This document shows, in pieces, positions 10,793-19,562 of a stretch of 33,239 nucleotides of DNA; positions within the stretch are counted from its first letter, which is position 1; every line of letters begins with the position of its first letter. A program made the translations under genes and the position numbers. This DNA comes from Prevotella sp. (GTDB taxonomy: Bacteria > Bacteroidota > Bacteroidia > Bacteroidales > Dysgonomonadaceae). The notes below the pieces were generated by a model that saw only the letters and a program-made list of their open reading frames with translations, had not been told where the DNA came from and ran no database searches. Where the stretch lies: NCBI GenBank assembly GCA_031285625.1, contig JAITVV010000055.1:1-33239 (forward strand), in the 5' to 3' direction.

Positions 10793-11785
10793 TCAAATCA
10801 TTTGTGGATTCCAACCATAGTATCCATTTGAACCGGAGTCGGCTAATAATACAGGAGCTTCGACTTTTATCTTCGGATTTACAGCCTCGCGGATAGCCCT
10901 TGCAAACATATTATTAATTTTATGTCCGGGACAGTTGGCTACAACCTTTCCTTTAATGAACTTACCTACAAGAGCAAGATCCCCAATGATATCCAGTAAT
11001 TTATGTCTGGCTGGTTCGTTAGGGTAGAGTAGGGGCTTATTCATTATATAACCCAATTTTGAGGAATCTTTTCTCTTTACATGCATCATATCAGCAAGTT
11101 GGTCAAATTTTTCCTGTTCTATGGGTTTGTCATATATTACTATTGCGTTATCCAGATCGCCCCCTTTTACCAGATTATTGTTCAGTAGAGGTTCTATCTC
11201 TTTCACAAAAACAAATGTTCTGGCTGAAGCAAAGTCTCTTGTAAATTCGGATAAATTATTAAGAGTTGCATCCTGCCTTCTAAGAAAGGTTGAGTTGAAA
11301 GATATATGCGATTCTATACTGAAAGATTCATCCGGTATCAATACCATTGAAGATCCGGTTGTTTTGTCGATAACTTTTACTTTCTTACGCTTTATTGTAA
11401 TGTATTCTCTAACAGCATCTTGTTGTTGTGCTCCTACCTCTTTTATTTTACTCACATATAGGATAGAACTTCCATCCAGTATCGGAAATTCAGGACCGTT
11501 TACATCTATTAAGCAATTGTCTATCTCACATGCATATAATGCAGCCAAAGCATGTTCGACAGTACTTACATATACCCCATTAGCTGAGAGTACGGTTCCC
11601 CGCTGTGTTCCAGTTACATTTTCGGCTAAGGCGTCAATAATGGGTTGTCCGGATACATCTACTCTTCTGATTTTGTAACCATGATTTTCGGGAGCCGGAT
11701 TAAATTTTATAACAATGTCTAACCCTGTATGTAAGCCTTTACCCTCTAAGGTAAAACTGTTTTTTAAAGTTCGTTGATTAACCAT
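10793..11785 (-). CDS. lpxC: UDP-3-O-acyl-GlcNAc deacetylase, stand-alone (no FabZ domain)
   Basis: QRTL, GKGLHTG, TVEH, PILDGS, ARTF, GGDLDNA, HKLLD, GH motifs; ends at 330 aa. Confidence 0.9.
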   Translation of the reverse strand: MVNQRTLKNSFTLEGKGLHTGLDIVIKFNPAPENHGYKIRRVDVSGQPIIDALAENVTGTQRGTVLSANGVYVSTVEHALAALYACEIDNCLIDVNGPEFPILDGSSILYVSKIKEVGAQQQDAVREYITIKRKKVKVIDKTTGSSMVLIPDESFSIESHISFNSTFLRRQDATLNNLSEFTRDFASARTFVFVKEIEPLLNNNLVKGGDLDNAIVIYDKPIEQEKFDQLADMMHVKRKDSSKLGYIMNKPLLYPNEPARHKLLDIIGDLALVGKFIKGKVVANCPGHKINNMFARAIREAVNPKIKVEAPVLLADSGSNGYYGWNPQMI

Positions 11786-11809
11786 AATAATCTTTATTTA
11801 ATTTATATT

Positions 11810-12757
11810 TCAGGGAATTTTTATTAAGCAGGAACCTGTAGAATATCCACCTCCAAAAACAGAGAGACATATCAGGTTGCCTGTTGTAAATATCTCAATA
11901 TTCTGGGCAAAAACCAGTAACGCGCTGACAGAACCGGTATTTCCTAATTCCTCGATATTAGATAATATTTTATTTTCAGTGATATTCAACTGTTTTACTA
12001 CATTTTTTAATATTCTCATATTTGCTTGGTGACCAATGAAATAGGATAAATCATCCAGCGAATATCCATTTATTTCCACAATGTCTTTAGTCCCTTGGGC
12101 GATATAATTACATGCATACATGAATACATCTCTACCATAAGGCATTTTTATTCCTTCATCTTTCGGTTTCAAAGAAACAGCTTCGGGCCCCATGCCTATA
12201 TGTCCCAGGCCTTGTGTTGTAATATCCACTACTTGTGGATCTTTATCGGAATAAGACTTATTGGAGAAGAAATATGCTGTGGCTCCATCTCCCCACAAAT
12301 GGCCGGACATACAATCTGTATCGTCAGAATATGTAGAATTACGGTCTGCGCATATCAATAACGCTTTTTGTGCTAACTCTGAATGGAAAAATGAATATAT
12401 GATTTCCATTGCATTGATAGCAGAAGAACAGGCCGATGATATAAGAAAAACTTTTGCATTACTTATGTTATGCTCCCGTTGAATATAATGTCCTGTAGTA
12501 CCTACTGTATCTGAAGGAGAATATGATGCAAAAACAATTAAGTCAATATCTTGTATACTATATGGTAAATTGGCTAATGCATTTTTTACAGCTTCGTTAC
12601 ACATATAATCCATTGATTCGTTAGCAGATGCTCTCGAGCGGGTTAAAATTCCTGTCCGTTGAGCGATCCAATCGCTTGTCAATCCATTCACTTCCGTAAA
12701 ATAGTCATTTGTGATTCTTGTTTCGGGAATATAATATCCAATTGAATTAATAAACAT
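11810..12757 (-). CDS. FabH-like ketoacyl-ACP synthase III
   Basis: WIAQRTGI, SACSS (Cys), WGDGA, GHQAN (His), GNTGS (Asn), FGGG. Confidence 0.88.
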   Translation of the reverse strand: MFINSIGYYIPETRITNDYFTEVNGLTSDWIAQRTGILTRSRASANESMDYMCNEAVKNALANLPYSIQDIDLIVFASYSPSDTVGTTGHYIQREHNISNAKVFLISSACSSAINAMEIIYSFFHSELAQKALLICADRNSTYSDDTDCMSGHLWGDGATAYFFSNKSYSDKDPQVVDITTQGLGHIGMGPEAVSLKPKDEGIKMPYGRDVFMYACNYIAQGTKDIVEINGYSLDDLSYFIGHQANMRILKNVVKQLNITENKILSNIEELGNTGSVSALLVFAQNIEIFTTGNLICLSVFGGGYSTGSCLIKIP

Positions 12758-12780
12758 ACAGTGTGTTATTTTTACGGTTT

Positions 12781-13212
12781 TTATTTTGTTGCTCTTTTAT
12801 AAATAATTTCCAAGTTAGTGACCGGTACAACTCCCATAATCCGGTCTATTTCTTGTCCGTTTTTAAATAATAATGTACATGGGACGCCAGAAATATTATA
12901 CTTTTTATATATATCAGGATGCTCATTTACATTTACTCTGTAAAACTTTACATCGTCTCTCGATAGTTTGCTGATATTATGCATCATTTTGTTACATACT
13001 TCTGAATTTTCCTGATAAAATATAACAGAGATGATATCTGAAGATTCTATACCGGACATATCCTTCAATTCTTCAAAATGTATGTCTTCGCTCAGATTGT
13101 TAGAACTCCCGTTTACTGTAATAGGTCCCCATATATTGATTCCTAAAAACAATAAAGCCAATAAGAAGCAAAAATGCCATGTCTTGAATCGAAACTCTTT
13201 TAACTTTTTCAT
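12781..13212 (-). CDS. Membrane-anchored/exported thioredoxin-fold protein with SxxC site
   Basis: Hydrophobic N-terminus, FYQENSEVC at the WCxxC position, YNISGVP, FKNGQEIDRIMG. Confidence 0.78.
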   Translation of the reverse strand: MKKLKEFRFKTWHFCFLLALLFLGINIWGPITVNGSSNNLSEDIHFEELKDMSGIESSDIISVIFYQENSEVCNKMMHNISKLSRDDVKFYRVNVNEHPDIYKKYNISGVPCTLLFKNGQEIDRIMGVVPVTNLEIIYKRATK

Positions 13213-13214
13213 CT

Positions 13215-14114
13215 TTAAAAGAAATTATAGAAATCAGGTTTTATGCATATGCCTATTCTTACGTTCATGGCATACTTATCATAATCCAATAGACTCTCTC
13301 CATATCCTTGATAGTATCGGGCGAATAGATACTGATTAGATCTTTCAGACATTCTGAAGGCAGCCGTCAATGTAGTATTTACATTTCCCCATCCTTTTCT
13401 GGGATTGATATCTGCAGATAACCACCAACGGTGTTTGTCGCTTGTATAATTTACAGACACGAACCCTAAGCCTCTATAATCCAACAGGTCTTTATTATTC
13501 CCTCCGTCTACGTATGGAACCCAAACTTCTCCAGCAATATTAAATCTTGCATTGAAGTAATACTTCATGGATAGGCTCAAATAATTCCAACTTCGGGAGT
13601 CGTCTCCATCGCGTCCGTTTGATTCATGTTTTAATTGAACGAATGCCGCACCTACAACACGGTCCTTGTACAATATGTACTTACCTAATCCCAGTCCCGG
13701 ATTATAGTTTGTATCTTTAAACGGACTCGATTCGTCATAAATATTCCAGAACGATTTTTGAGTATATGTCAGATATGCAAATGTTTTGAATGGCAAAACA
13801 CTCTTTGTCAGTCTTTGTCTTATGCTTATCTGAAAGGATGCATCAGCAGTACTTCTGGTTATCTTTCTGTCAAGTGGAACTCCTGTAACAAAGTATGTGT
13901 CCCTGTATACGGCAAATGCTGGCATCCTATCTGCCATTTTTATAGCATCTCTTTCTGATATAACCAAATGTCTTGGTCTGAAGATACGCGGATCCTGCAT
14001 CGCACTGTCATATTGTTGACGGAGGCTATCATTATCTATATACATTAGATCAATCTGGGCAAATGCGGCTGATGATAGTACAGTAAATATTAAAAGTAAA
14101 TAGTTTCTCAACAT
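13215..14114 (-). CDS. pldA: Outer-membrane phospholipase A (OMPLA)
   Basis: FQIS, YTQKSFW, SSPFKDTNYNP, catalytic HESNG, SRSWN, GYGESLLDY. Confidence 0.9.
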   Translation of the reverse strand: MLRNYLLLIFTVLSSAAFAQIDLMYIDNDSLRQQYDSAMQDPRIFRPRHLVISERDAIKMADRMPAFAVYRDTYFVTGVPLDRKITRSTADASFQISIRQRLTKSVLPFKTFAYLTYTQKSFWNIYDESSPFKDTNYNPGLGLGKYILYKDRVVGAAFVQLKHESNGRDGDDSRSWNYLSLSMKYYFNARFNIAGEVWVPYVDGGNNKDLLDYRGLGFVSVNYTSDKHRWWLSADINPRKGWGNVNTTLTAAFRMSERSNQYLFARYYQGYGESLLDYDKYAMNVRIGICIKPDFYNFF

Positions 14115-14125
14115 ATTTTTTTCGA

Positions 14126-14428
14126 TTATCCAAAAATGAATTGGTTTATAAATTTGTCATCGTTCAGCTCATCTCTGCATTTTGTTTTAATGCCTATTTT
14201 ACTGAGAAGATTTTTTAAATCATTGTTTATAGAGTCTGTATAGATTATACTAACTCTTTTCAGTGCCATTAATAAAGAAAAATAGTTATTTTCTGTATTA
14301 TCCAGTTTCAGGCTTTCAACGCCTTTTACTTTATCGTTTTCGAGTTCAAAAATATTAACTGTGGTATTTCCTTGTATATCTCTACTTAGATTTCCTTTTT
14401 GTGTGAGTATTGCAATTATTTCCGCCAT
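14126..14428 (-). CDS. Hypothetical protein, possibly NifB/NifX-like fold
   Basis: 100 aa, tightly spaced in the cluster; beta/alpha pattern IIAIL...NIFELE...VSIIYT...LLSKIGIK; fold call is tentative. Confidence 0.55.
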   Translation of the reverse strand: MAEIIAILTQKGNLSRDIQGNTTVNIFELENDKVKGVESLKLDNTENNYFSLLMALKRVSIIYTDSINNDLKNLLSKIGIKTKCRDELNDDKFINQFIFG

Positions 14429-14473
14429 AATAGTTTTCGTGTTTTAAAAGTTAATACTCTAAATACCTAGTCA

Positions 14474-14489
14474 ATGAACAATCATTCAC
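14474..14489. promoter_or_regulatory. Second copy of putative TetR operator
   Basis: ATGAACAATCATTCAC, 14/16 identical to 15143-15158. Confidence 0.68.
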
Positions 14490-14507
14490 TTTTTTTGTTT
14501 AAAAAAG

Positions 14508-15122
14508 TTATGCTTTTATCAAACTATACAAATAATCCATCACTTCTTTTCTACGTTCCATGTCCTGAATTACATTTATAGCAAATGCTTCATCAGTACA
14601 ATTCTTTTCCGAAGATTCTTTTATACTTGTATTATTAAAGATGATTGCCATGATCTCTGTATCAATATCCTCTCTGACTTCTCCTATTTTTATACTGTTA
14701 TTGATTGCATTTTTCCAATTGCCGATCAATTTACTGTTTATAACTCTAAATCGATCAATAAAGTTGGGGTAATGCTTTGCTGCCTGTATCATCAGAGCTG
14801 TATAGTTCAGAAAAAATGTATGCGTTACTCCAGCCCGCGTGAAGGCATTGAGTATCAATTTTTGTCGTCTATACATTATTTCAATATACTCTGCGAGCGT
14901 CCTGTCTTTTTTTATATCCTGTAATATTTTATTAAATAATCTGAAAAAATATTCGTCTATGACAGCATTGAATAATTCTTCTTTATTTTTAAAATATCGA
15001 TACATGGCGCCGCGAGACATATTCAGCTCTTCTTGCAATACAGATATAGAGGCACTATCATAGCCTTTGTTCATAAAAACATCAAAGGCCCGCCTTAATA
15101 TATATTCTCTACTGTACTTCAT
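14508..15122 (-). CDS. TetR/AcrR family regulator
   Basis: N-terminal HTH AFDVFMNKGYDSASIS...SRGAMYRYFKNKEELF. Confidence 0.92.
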   Translation of the reverse strand: MKYSREYILRRAFDVFMNKGYDSASISVLQEELNMSRGAMYRYFKNKEELFNAVIDEYFFRLFNKILQDIKKDRTLAEYIEIMYRRQKLILNAFTRAGVTHTFFLNYTALMIQAAKHYPNFIDRFRVINSKLIGNWKNAINNSIKIGEVREDIDTEIMAIIFNNTSIKESSEKNCTDEAFAINVIQDMERRKEVMDYLYSLIKA

Positions 15123-15142
15123 ATGTTGCTTTATTTGTTAAC

Positions 15143-15158
15143 GTGAACAATCGTTCAC
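15143..15158. promoter_or_regulatory. Putative TetR operator palindrome
   Basis: GTGAAC-AATC-GTTCAC, 20 nt before the tetR ATG and next to a -7-like CACCTTTG (minus, 15163-15170). Confidence 0.72.
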
Positions 15159-15230
15159 AATGCAAAGGTGAATAAATTAATTAGAACGAAAGCAAAGAAT
15201 TATGTTAAAAAATAATTAAAAAATTTATAT

Positions 15231-15269
15231 AAATAAAGCATGTCAATTATAAGTTGACATGCTTTATTT
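15231..15269 (-). terminator. Intrinsic terminator after nrf/ccs operon
   Basis: AAATAAAGCATGTCAA-N7-TTGACATGCTTTATTT perfect 16-bp stem. Confidence 0.82.
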
Positions 15270-15290
15270 GTTTGTTATAATATAACCCTT

Positions 15291-16076
15291 TTAGTTGGAA
15301 TACACGTGTATACTATTTTGTGCCGCAGGCAGATAATTTACTCCAATCCAGGTGATCATTAATAATACGAATGCAATAGGAAGTGTCCATAAAGTGAATT
15401 TGGCATGGTAATTTTGCAAGCGCATATGTATGTATATCAGATAGGCGGCAGATGTGATAAATGCCCACGTTTCTTTAGGATCCCAAGACCAGTAATGCCC
15501 CCATGCTTCTTTTGCCCAGACGGCTCCCATTAACATACCAAGTATGAGAAAGCCAAAACCTATATAGACAATATTATCCATAAATTTGTATAGTTCTATA
15601 TCCGCCTTGTTTTTACCTAATTTATTAAGCTGCATAAAGGAGGCGATAGTAGCAGCACCAAGCATAGAGTAGGAGAGTATATAAACAGTTACATGTGGTA
15701 CAAACCAGTAGCTTTGCAGTGCAGGCATCAGGTTTGTAGAGTGTATCTCCGGCTTGAAAATGTTAATGCATACAAATACACAAGCAACTAATGCGGTGAA
15801 AGATAGCAGCCACTTATACTTCCAATGCTTGTATGTAAAGAAACCAATTGTAGCCAAAAAGAAAGAATACCAAAGGCGGGTTTCGCCAATCGTCCTGAGG
15901 GGAGGTCGTTCCTGCCCAATCCAGAGGCCAACGATAAATGCTCCGAATATAAGTATGCCACCTATCATCAGCAAATCAATAATGATAGTTTTTTTTACCT
16001 TATATATAAGTGCTCCGGCGGCTAACCAACATAATATAGCAGGTATTGCAAACCAAAGATATTCATTCCACGTCAT
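15291..16076 (-). CDS. ccsA: Cytochrome c biogenesis protein CcsA (system II heme lyase)
   Basis: WWD domain WAKEAWGHYWSWDPKETW, PALQSYWFVPHV, C-terminal SIHVY. Confidence 0.9.
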   Translation of the reverse strand: MTWNEYLWFAIPAILCWLAAGALIYKVKKTIIIDLLMIGGILIFGAFIVGLWIGQERPPLRTIGETRLWYSFFLATIGFFTYKHWKYKWLLSFTALVACVFVCINIFKPEIHSTNLMPALQSYWFVPHVTVYILSYSMLGAATIASFMQLNKLGKNKADIELYKFMDNIVYIGFGFLILGMLMGAVWAKEAWGHYWSWDPKETWAFITSAAYLIYIHMRLQNYHAKFTLWTLPIAFVLLMITWIGVNYLPAAQNSIHVYSN

Positions 16077-17325
16077 ACTCTTTTTTCCTTTTTTTGTTTC
16101 CTGACCATAATAAGCAGATAGATCCTAGGGCTAACATCGCTATACCAATATAAACAGGATATAACCAAGGATCATATACAAGTTCGAAACTACTATACAT
16201 CGAGGCTTTTCCTGCCTGATTATCATATCCATATTGGTAGATCATCCAATTATCCAGTTTTAGGGGTTTATTTACTTCCAACTGTGTTTGAGCTTCATGT
16301 CCATCTTGTGTGACAACAATAATGTCCGACATAAACCTTTTAGGCTCAGCTTGAGTCATTACAATACAGTATTGCGAGTCTATCGGCAGCGTCATATATA
16401 GTTGAGACATACTGCCTCCGCAAACCCATCCTTGGTGAATTTCCCCATTTTTCTTATTACTAATCTTTATCCTTGCTGCCGGAGAAGAACCTGGCATAGG
16501 CATGTGGTGATAAGTGCTATCACTATTTCTGATAGCCTCATGTATATACTCTTCTAATGATATATCCCAATCCCAAAGTTTACCTTCCGGCCGTTTTTCA
16601 TCTATCTGAAAATAATCTGGCTTGGATATTGGTTGCGCATCTCCAGTATTTCTATCTATAATGGCTAATTTAGGAGGATATTCCTCCATTACAAAATCGT
16701 TGAGCTGGATAGCAATGGGTAGTTCCAGTACATCTCCGTTATCATTATATACCCGCCATTCCACACCTCCTTCTTGTACATGCATCACATAGCGCTTCAT
16801 ATCAGATGTGCCGAGTCCGGCAGCAAATAGAAGAATCCACAGACCAATGTGATTGAAGTAAAAAGCGTAATAGCGAATATTAAAAGCGATGAGACGACGC
16901 ATAATGAGAGCACCCAATGATAATAATGTGAGAAAATACACCAAAATAAATGGCCATGAACTGGTTACTTGCTTAAATCCTAGCCGTGTAAGTATACTAT
17001 GATCATGCGGATCCAATTTCAGCATCTGAGGTGTCAATCCCATTACCAAGCCTAGCACAAGCAGCCCTCCGATAAGGGATACGGCAAATGGTACTCCTGA
17101 AAACCATTGATAAATAGGATTTTTCCGGGCAAATGAAAATAGTACGAGGAATACTATAATACAGCCTCCTATTATAAGATTGACCGGGGCTCCGAATAAT
17201 AGAAAATTAAACTTGCCTACAAGCCATTGTAATATGAATCCTATAATTATTGTGCCAAATATGATAGCTAGACTTTCTTTGTATCGCCAGGGAAATTGCC
17301 ACATCTGATGTTTTACATTATTCAT
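16063..17325 (-). CDS. Cytochrome c biogenesis protein ResB/CcsB
   Basis: TM helices, NHIGLW His, VNKPL, DPWLYPVYIG; overlaps ccsA start. Confidence 0.82.
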   Translation of the reverse strand: MNNVKHQMWQFPWRYKESLAIIFGTIIIGFILQWLVGKFNFLLFGAPVNLIIGGCIIVFLVLFSFARKNPIYQWFSGVPFAVSLIGGLLVLGLVMGLTPQMLKLDPHDHSILTRLGFKQVTSSWPFILVYFLTLLSLGALIMRRLIAFNIRYYAFYFNHIGLWILLFAAGLGTSDMKRYVMHVQEGGVEWRVYNDNGDVLELPIAIQLNDFVMEEYPPKLAIIDRNTGDAQPISKPDYFQIDEKRPEGKLWDWDISLEEYIHEAIRNSDSTYHHMPMPGSSPAARIKISNKKNGEIHQGWVCGGSMSQLYMTLPIDSQYCIVMTQAEPKRFMSDIIVVTQDGHEAQTQLEVNKPLKLDNWMIYQYGYDNQAGKASMYSSFELVYDPWLYPVYIGIAMLALGSICLLWSGNKKRKKEYDVE

Positions 17326-17339
17326 TTTATCTGATTAAA

Positions 17340-17377
17340 AAGAGTGTCCGAAAGATAATAATTCATTGGACACTCTT
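17340..17377 (-). terminator. Intra-operon stem-loop/terminator after nrfA
   Basis: AAGAGTGTCC...GGACACTCTT 10-bp stem ending in a U run on the minus strand. Confidence 0.62.
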
Positions 17378-17413
17378 AGCATTACTTTGTGTTATCTACT
17401 AATAGAAAAGTTA

Positions 17414-18913
17414 TTATAAACTAGCTACTATTCGTCCGTTTTCTTTGGCTTTCTTCAACCATTCAGGGACAACTGTTTTGATCCATTTGTCTTTATTATC
17501 CTGTAATGTTTTCATATCTAGTCCAATATATTCCTGTGCTTTGTCTTTAGAAGAAATATCCGGCATCTGAACATCTGTTACGCCATGTGCATATAATACT
17601 TTCTGTAATTCTATTTGCGCTTGCAGTGTTCTGTCTAAGCTATGGGCAAGTATTCTTTGAGTCTCAATAGGAGCATGGAAAGAAGCTCCATGTGATGCAA
17701 CTGAGAAATCCCAACGCCATTGTGCCTGACGGATAAGTTTAAGAGATGCATTCATTTCTTTTTCTGTAGCACCTTTATCCCAGGCTGTTTTTGCCATAAT
17801 ATGAGCTTTCGACAATTCTTTTTCTATACGGTCGCGAATCTCTAACGCTTTATCCTGACGCTCGTATACATAATTTCTCAGATTTTCTTCGCTGTCGCGA
17901 TGACAAACCTGGCATGTGTTAGCTATGTTTTTGAGTGGACTCATAATCTGATGGTTTGAGTACTTAATACCTCCTTCAGCTACATAAGGCATATGACAGT
18001 CTGCACATGATAATCCTCTCTGAGCATGTGTGCCCATCATGAATGTTTCATAGTCAGGATGCTGAGCTTTTAGCATTGGAGCTCTACTTAGTTTGTGAGT
18101 CCAGTCTGTAAATTCTATTTCGTCATAGTATTTTTCCATATCTTCCATAGTCATACCTTTATCCCAAGGGAATGTCAGATACTTACCATCACCTTTGAAG
18201 TAATATTCTACGTGGCACTGTGCACAAACTAATGTACGCATTTCCTGAGGAGTCGCATTTGCAATATCTTTACCCTGACGTTCGAATGCCTGAATCAATG
18301 CCGGTTGAGTGATAGTAAGGTTCATCGTTTTAGGATCGTGGCAGTTGGCACATCCAATCGGATTTACTATTTCGCTACCAAAAGCACCCCATTTAGTTTT
18401 GTAGAATTCTTCAATTCCTACTTCGTGCATCATGCGTGGTACATCCGGACTCTTACAAGCCCAGCATGTCGCTGGTTGTGGCCCGTCAGTGTCAGTTTCA
18501 GGACATCCTGTACGCAATGTATTTCTATTGTCTTCCAGAGCATGCATATGGCCTCTTGGTGCTTTATAATCCTGAGCAAATGCATATCCTGCCCATAGAA
18601 CAACCATCTCCGGACGGGAAGCAAGAACATCTTCTTCAACGTTCCCTAGATGTTTGCTTTTGAAATCCATATCGGCTGTCTTCTTCCATGTGTTATATTC
18701 TCTTGGATAGTTTTCACCCCAAAGTTCATTTCTAGGTTCCAGTCCTTCTATATCCCGTACCTTGTTATTGTAGATAGAGGCTATTTCAGCTCTACGCTCG
18801 GTAACAGATGCTGCAAGCAATCCTAATAAAAATACACAAATCATGACTGCGGCAAAAATACCCCATCCAATGATTGGCTTACGTTTTATAGCTTCTGATA
18901 ATTTCTTAAACAT
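17414..18913 (-). CDS. nrfA: Ammonia-forming cytochrome c552 nitrite reductase
   Basis: CWACK (CxxCK) plus CANCH, CAQCH, CADCH, CQVCH; KAQHPDYE. Confidence 0.97.
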   Translation of the reverse strand: MFKKLSEAIKRKPIIGWGIFAAVMICVFLLGLLAASVTERRAEIASIYNNKVRDIEGLEPRNELWGENYPREYNTWKKTADMDFKSKHLGNVEEDVLASRPEMVVLWAGYAFAQDYKAPRGHMHALEDNRNTLRTGCPETDTDGPQPATCWACKSPDVPRMMHEVGIEEFYKTKWGAFGSEIVNPIGCANCHDPKTMNLTITQPALIQAFERQGKDIANATPQEMRTLVCAQCHVEYYFKGDGKYLTFPWDKGMTMEDMEKYYDEIEFTDWTHKLSRAPMLKAQHPDYETFMMGTHAQRGLSCADCHMPYVAEGGIKYSNHQIMSPLKNIANTCQVCHRDSEENLRNYVYERQDKALEIRDRIEKELSKAHIMAKTAWDKGATEKEMNASLKLIRQAQWRWDFSVASHGASFHAPIETQRILAHSLDRTLQAQIELQKVLYAHGVTDVQMPDISSKDKAQEYIGLDMKTLQDNKDKWIKTVVPEWLKKAKENGRIVASL

Positions 18914-18934
18914 AATCTATCTTATTTTTAGTTG

Positions 18935-19513
18935 TTATTTTTTCATTTTTTCTTTCAGCCATTCCGGTACAGGGGAGGCTGGTAATGGTACTATGGCATT
19001 TGGAGATTCCGAGAGGCTACTCACCTTAGAGTGTGGAATCTGCGTATGACAATCCCAACATGCTTTGCCTTCACCTTTTTTTGTGTCTGCATATTGTATC
19101 ATACCTGTTTTTACAAATTCTGTATTCAACTGGGTATGACAACGTATACAGTTGTTCATAATCACCTCATAGCTCTCTTCACGTGGTCTGATCACCTGAG
19201 GTTCACCTTTTACTGTAAATACCGCAGCATGGTATAATCCGTCCTTAGCCTTGAATGCATATTTACTTACCACATTGTCCTGAGGCACATGGCAATCGTT
19301 ACAGGTGGTCCATTGTGCATGAGAACTATGATTCCATGTCTGATAATATGGAGTCATAATATGACAGTTGATACAGGCTGCCGGATCATCTGATAGATAT
19401 GAATGTGCCCTAGACATATACACAGTATATGCTCCAAGTCCGACGATTACTCCTCCTACAATAAAAATAGGGAGGATAAATTGCCTGGGTATATGACTTA
19501 GAAGTTTTTTCAT
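18935..19513 (-). CDS. nrfH: Cytochrome c nitrite reductase small subunit
   Basis: N-terminal TM; CINCH, CNDCH, CIRCH, CWDCH. Confidence 0.95.
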   Translation of the reverse strand: MKKLLSHIPRQFILPIFIVGGVIVGLGAYTVYMSRAHSYLSDDPAACINCHIMTPYYQTWNHSSHAQWTTCNDCHVPQDNVVSKYAFKAKDGLYHAAVFTVKGEPQVIRPREESYEVIMNNCIRCHTQLNTEFVKTGMIQYADTKKGEGKACWDCHTQIPHSKVSSLSESPNAIVPLPASPVPEWLKEKMKK

Positions 19514-19562
19514 TATGATTTGTTTTTCAGTTGATTGCTGGAATAAATATATAAATATTTTT

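Noticed and set aside
11059-11678. Antisense ORFs over lpxC, and similar ones over nad, nrf and efflux genes
   Set aside because: Fully overlap well-supported genes; no family motifs
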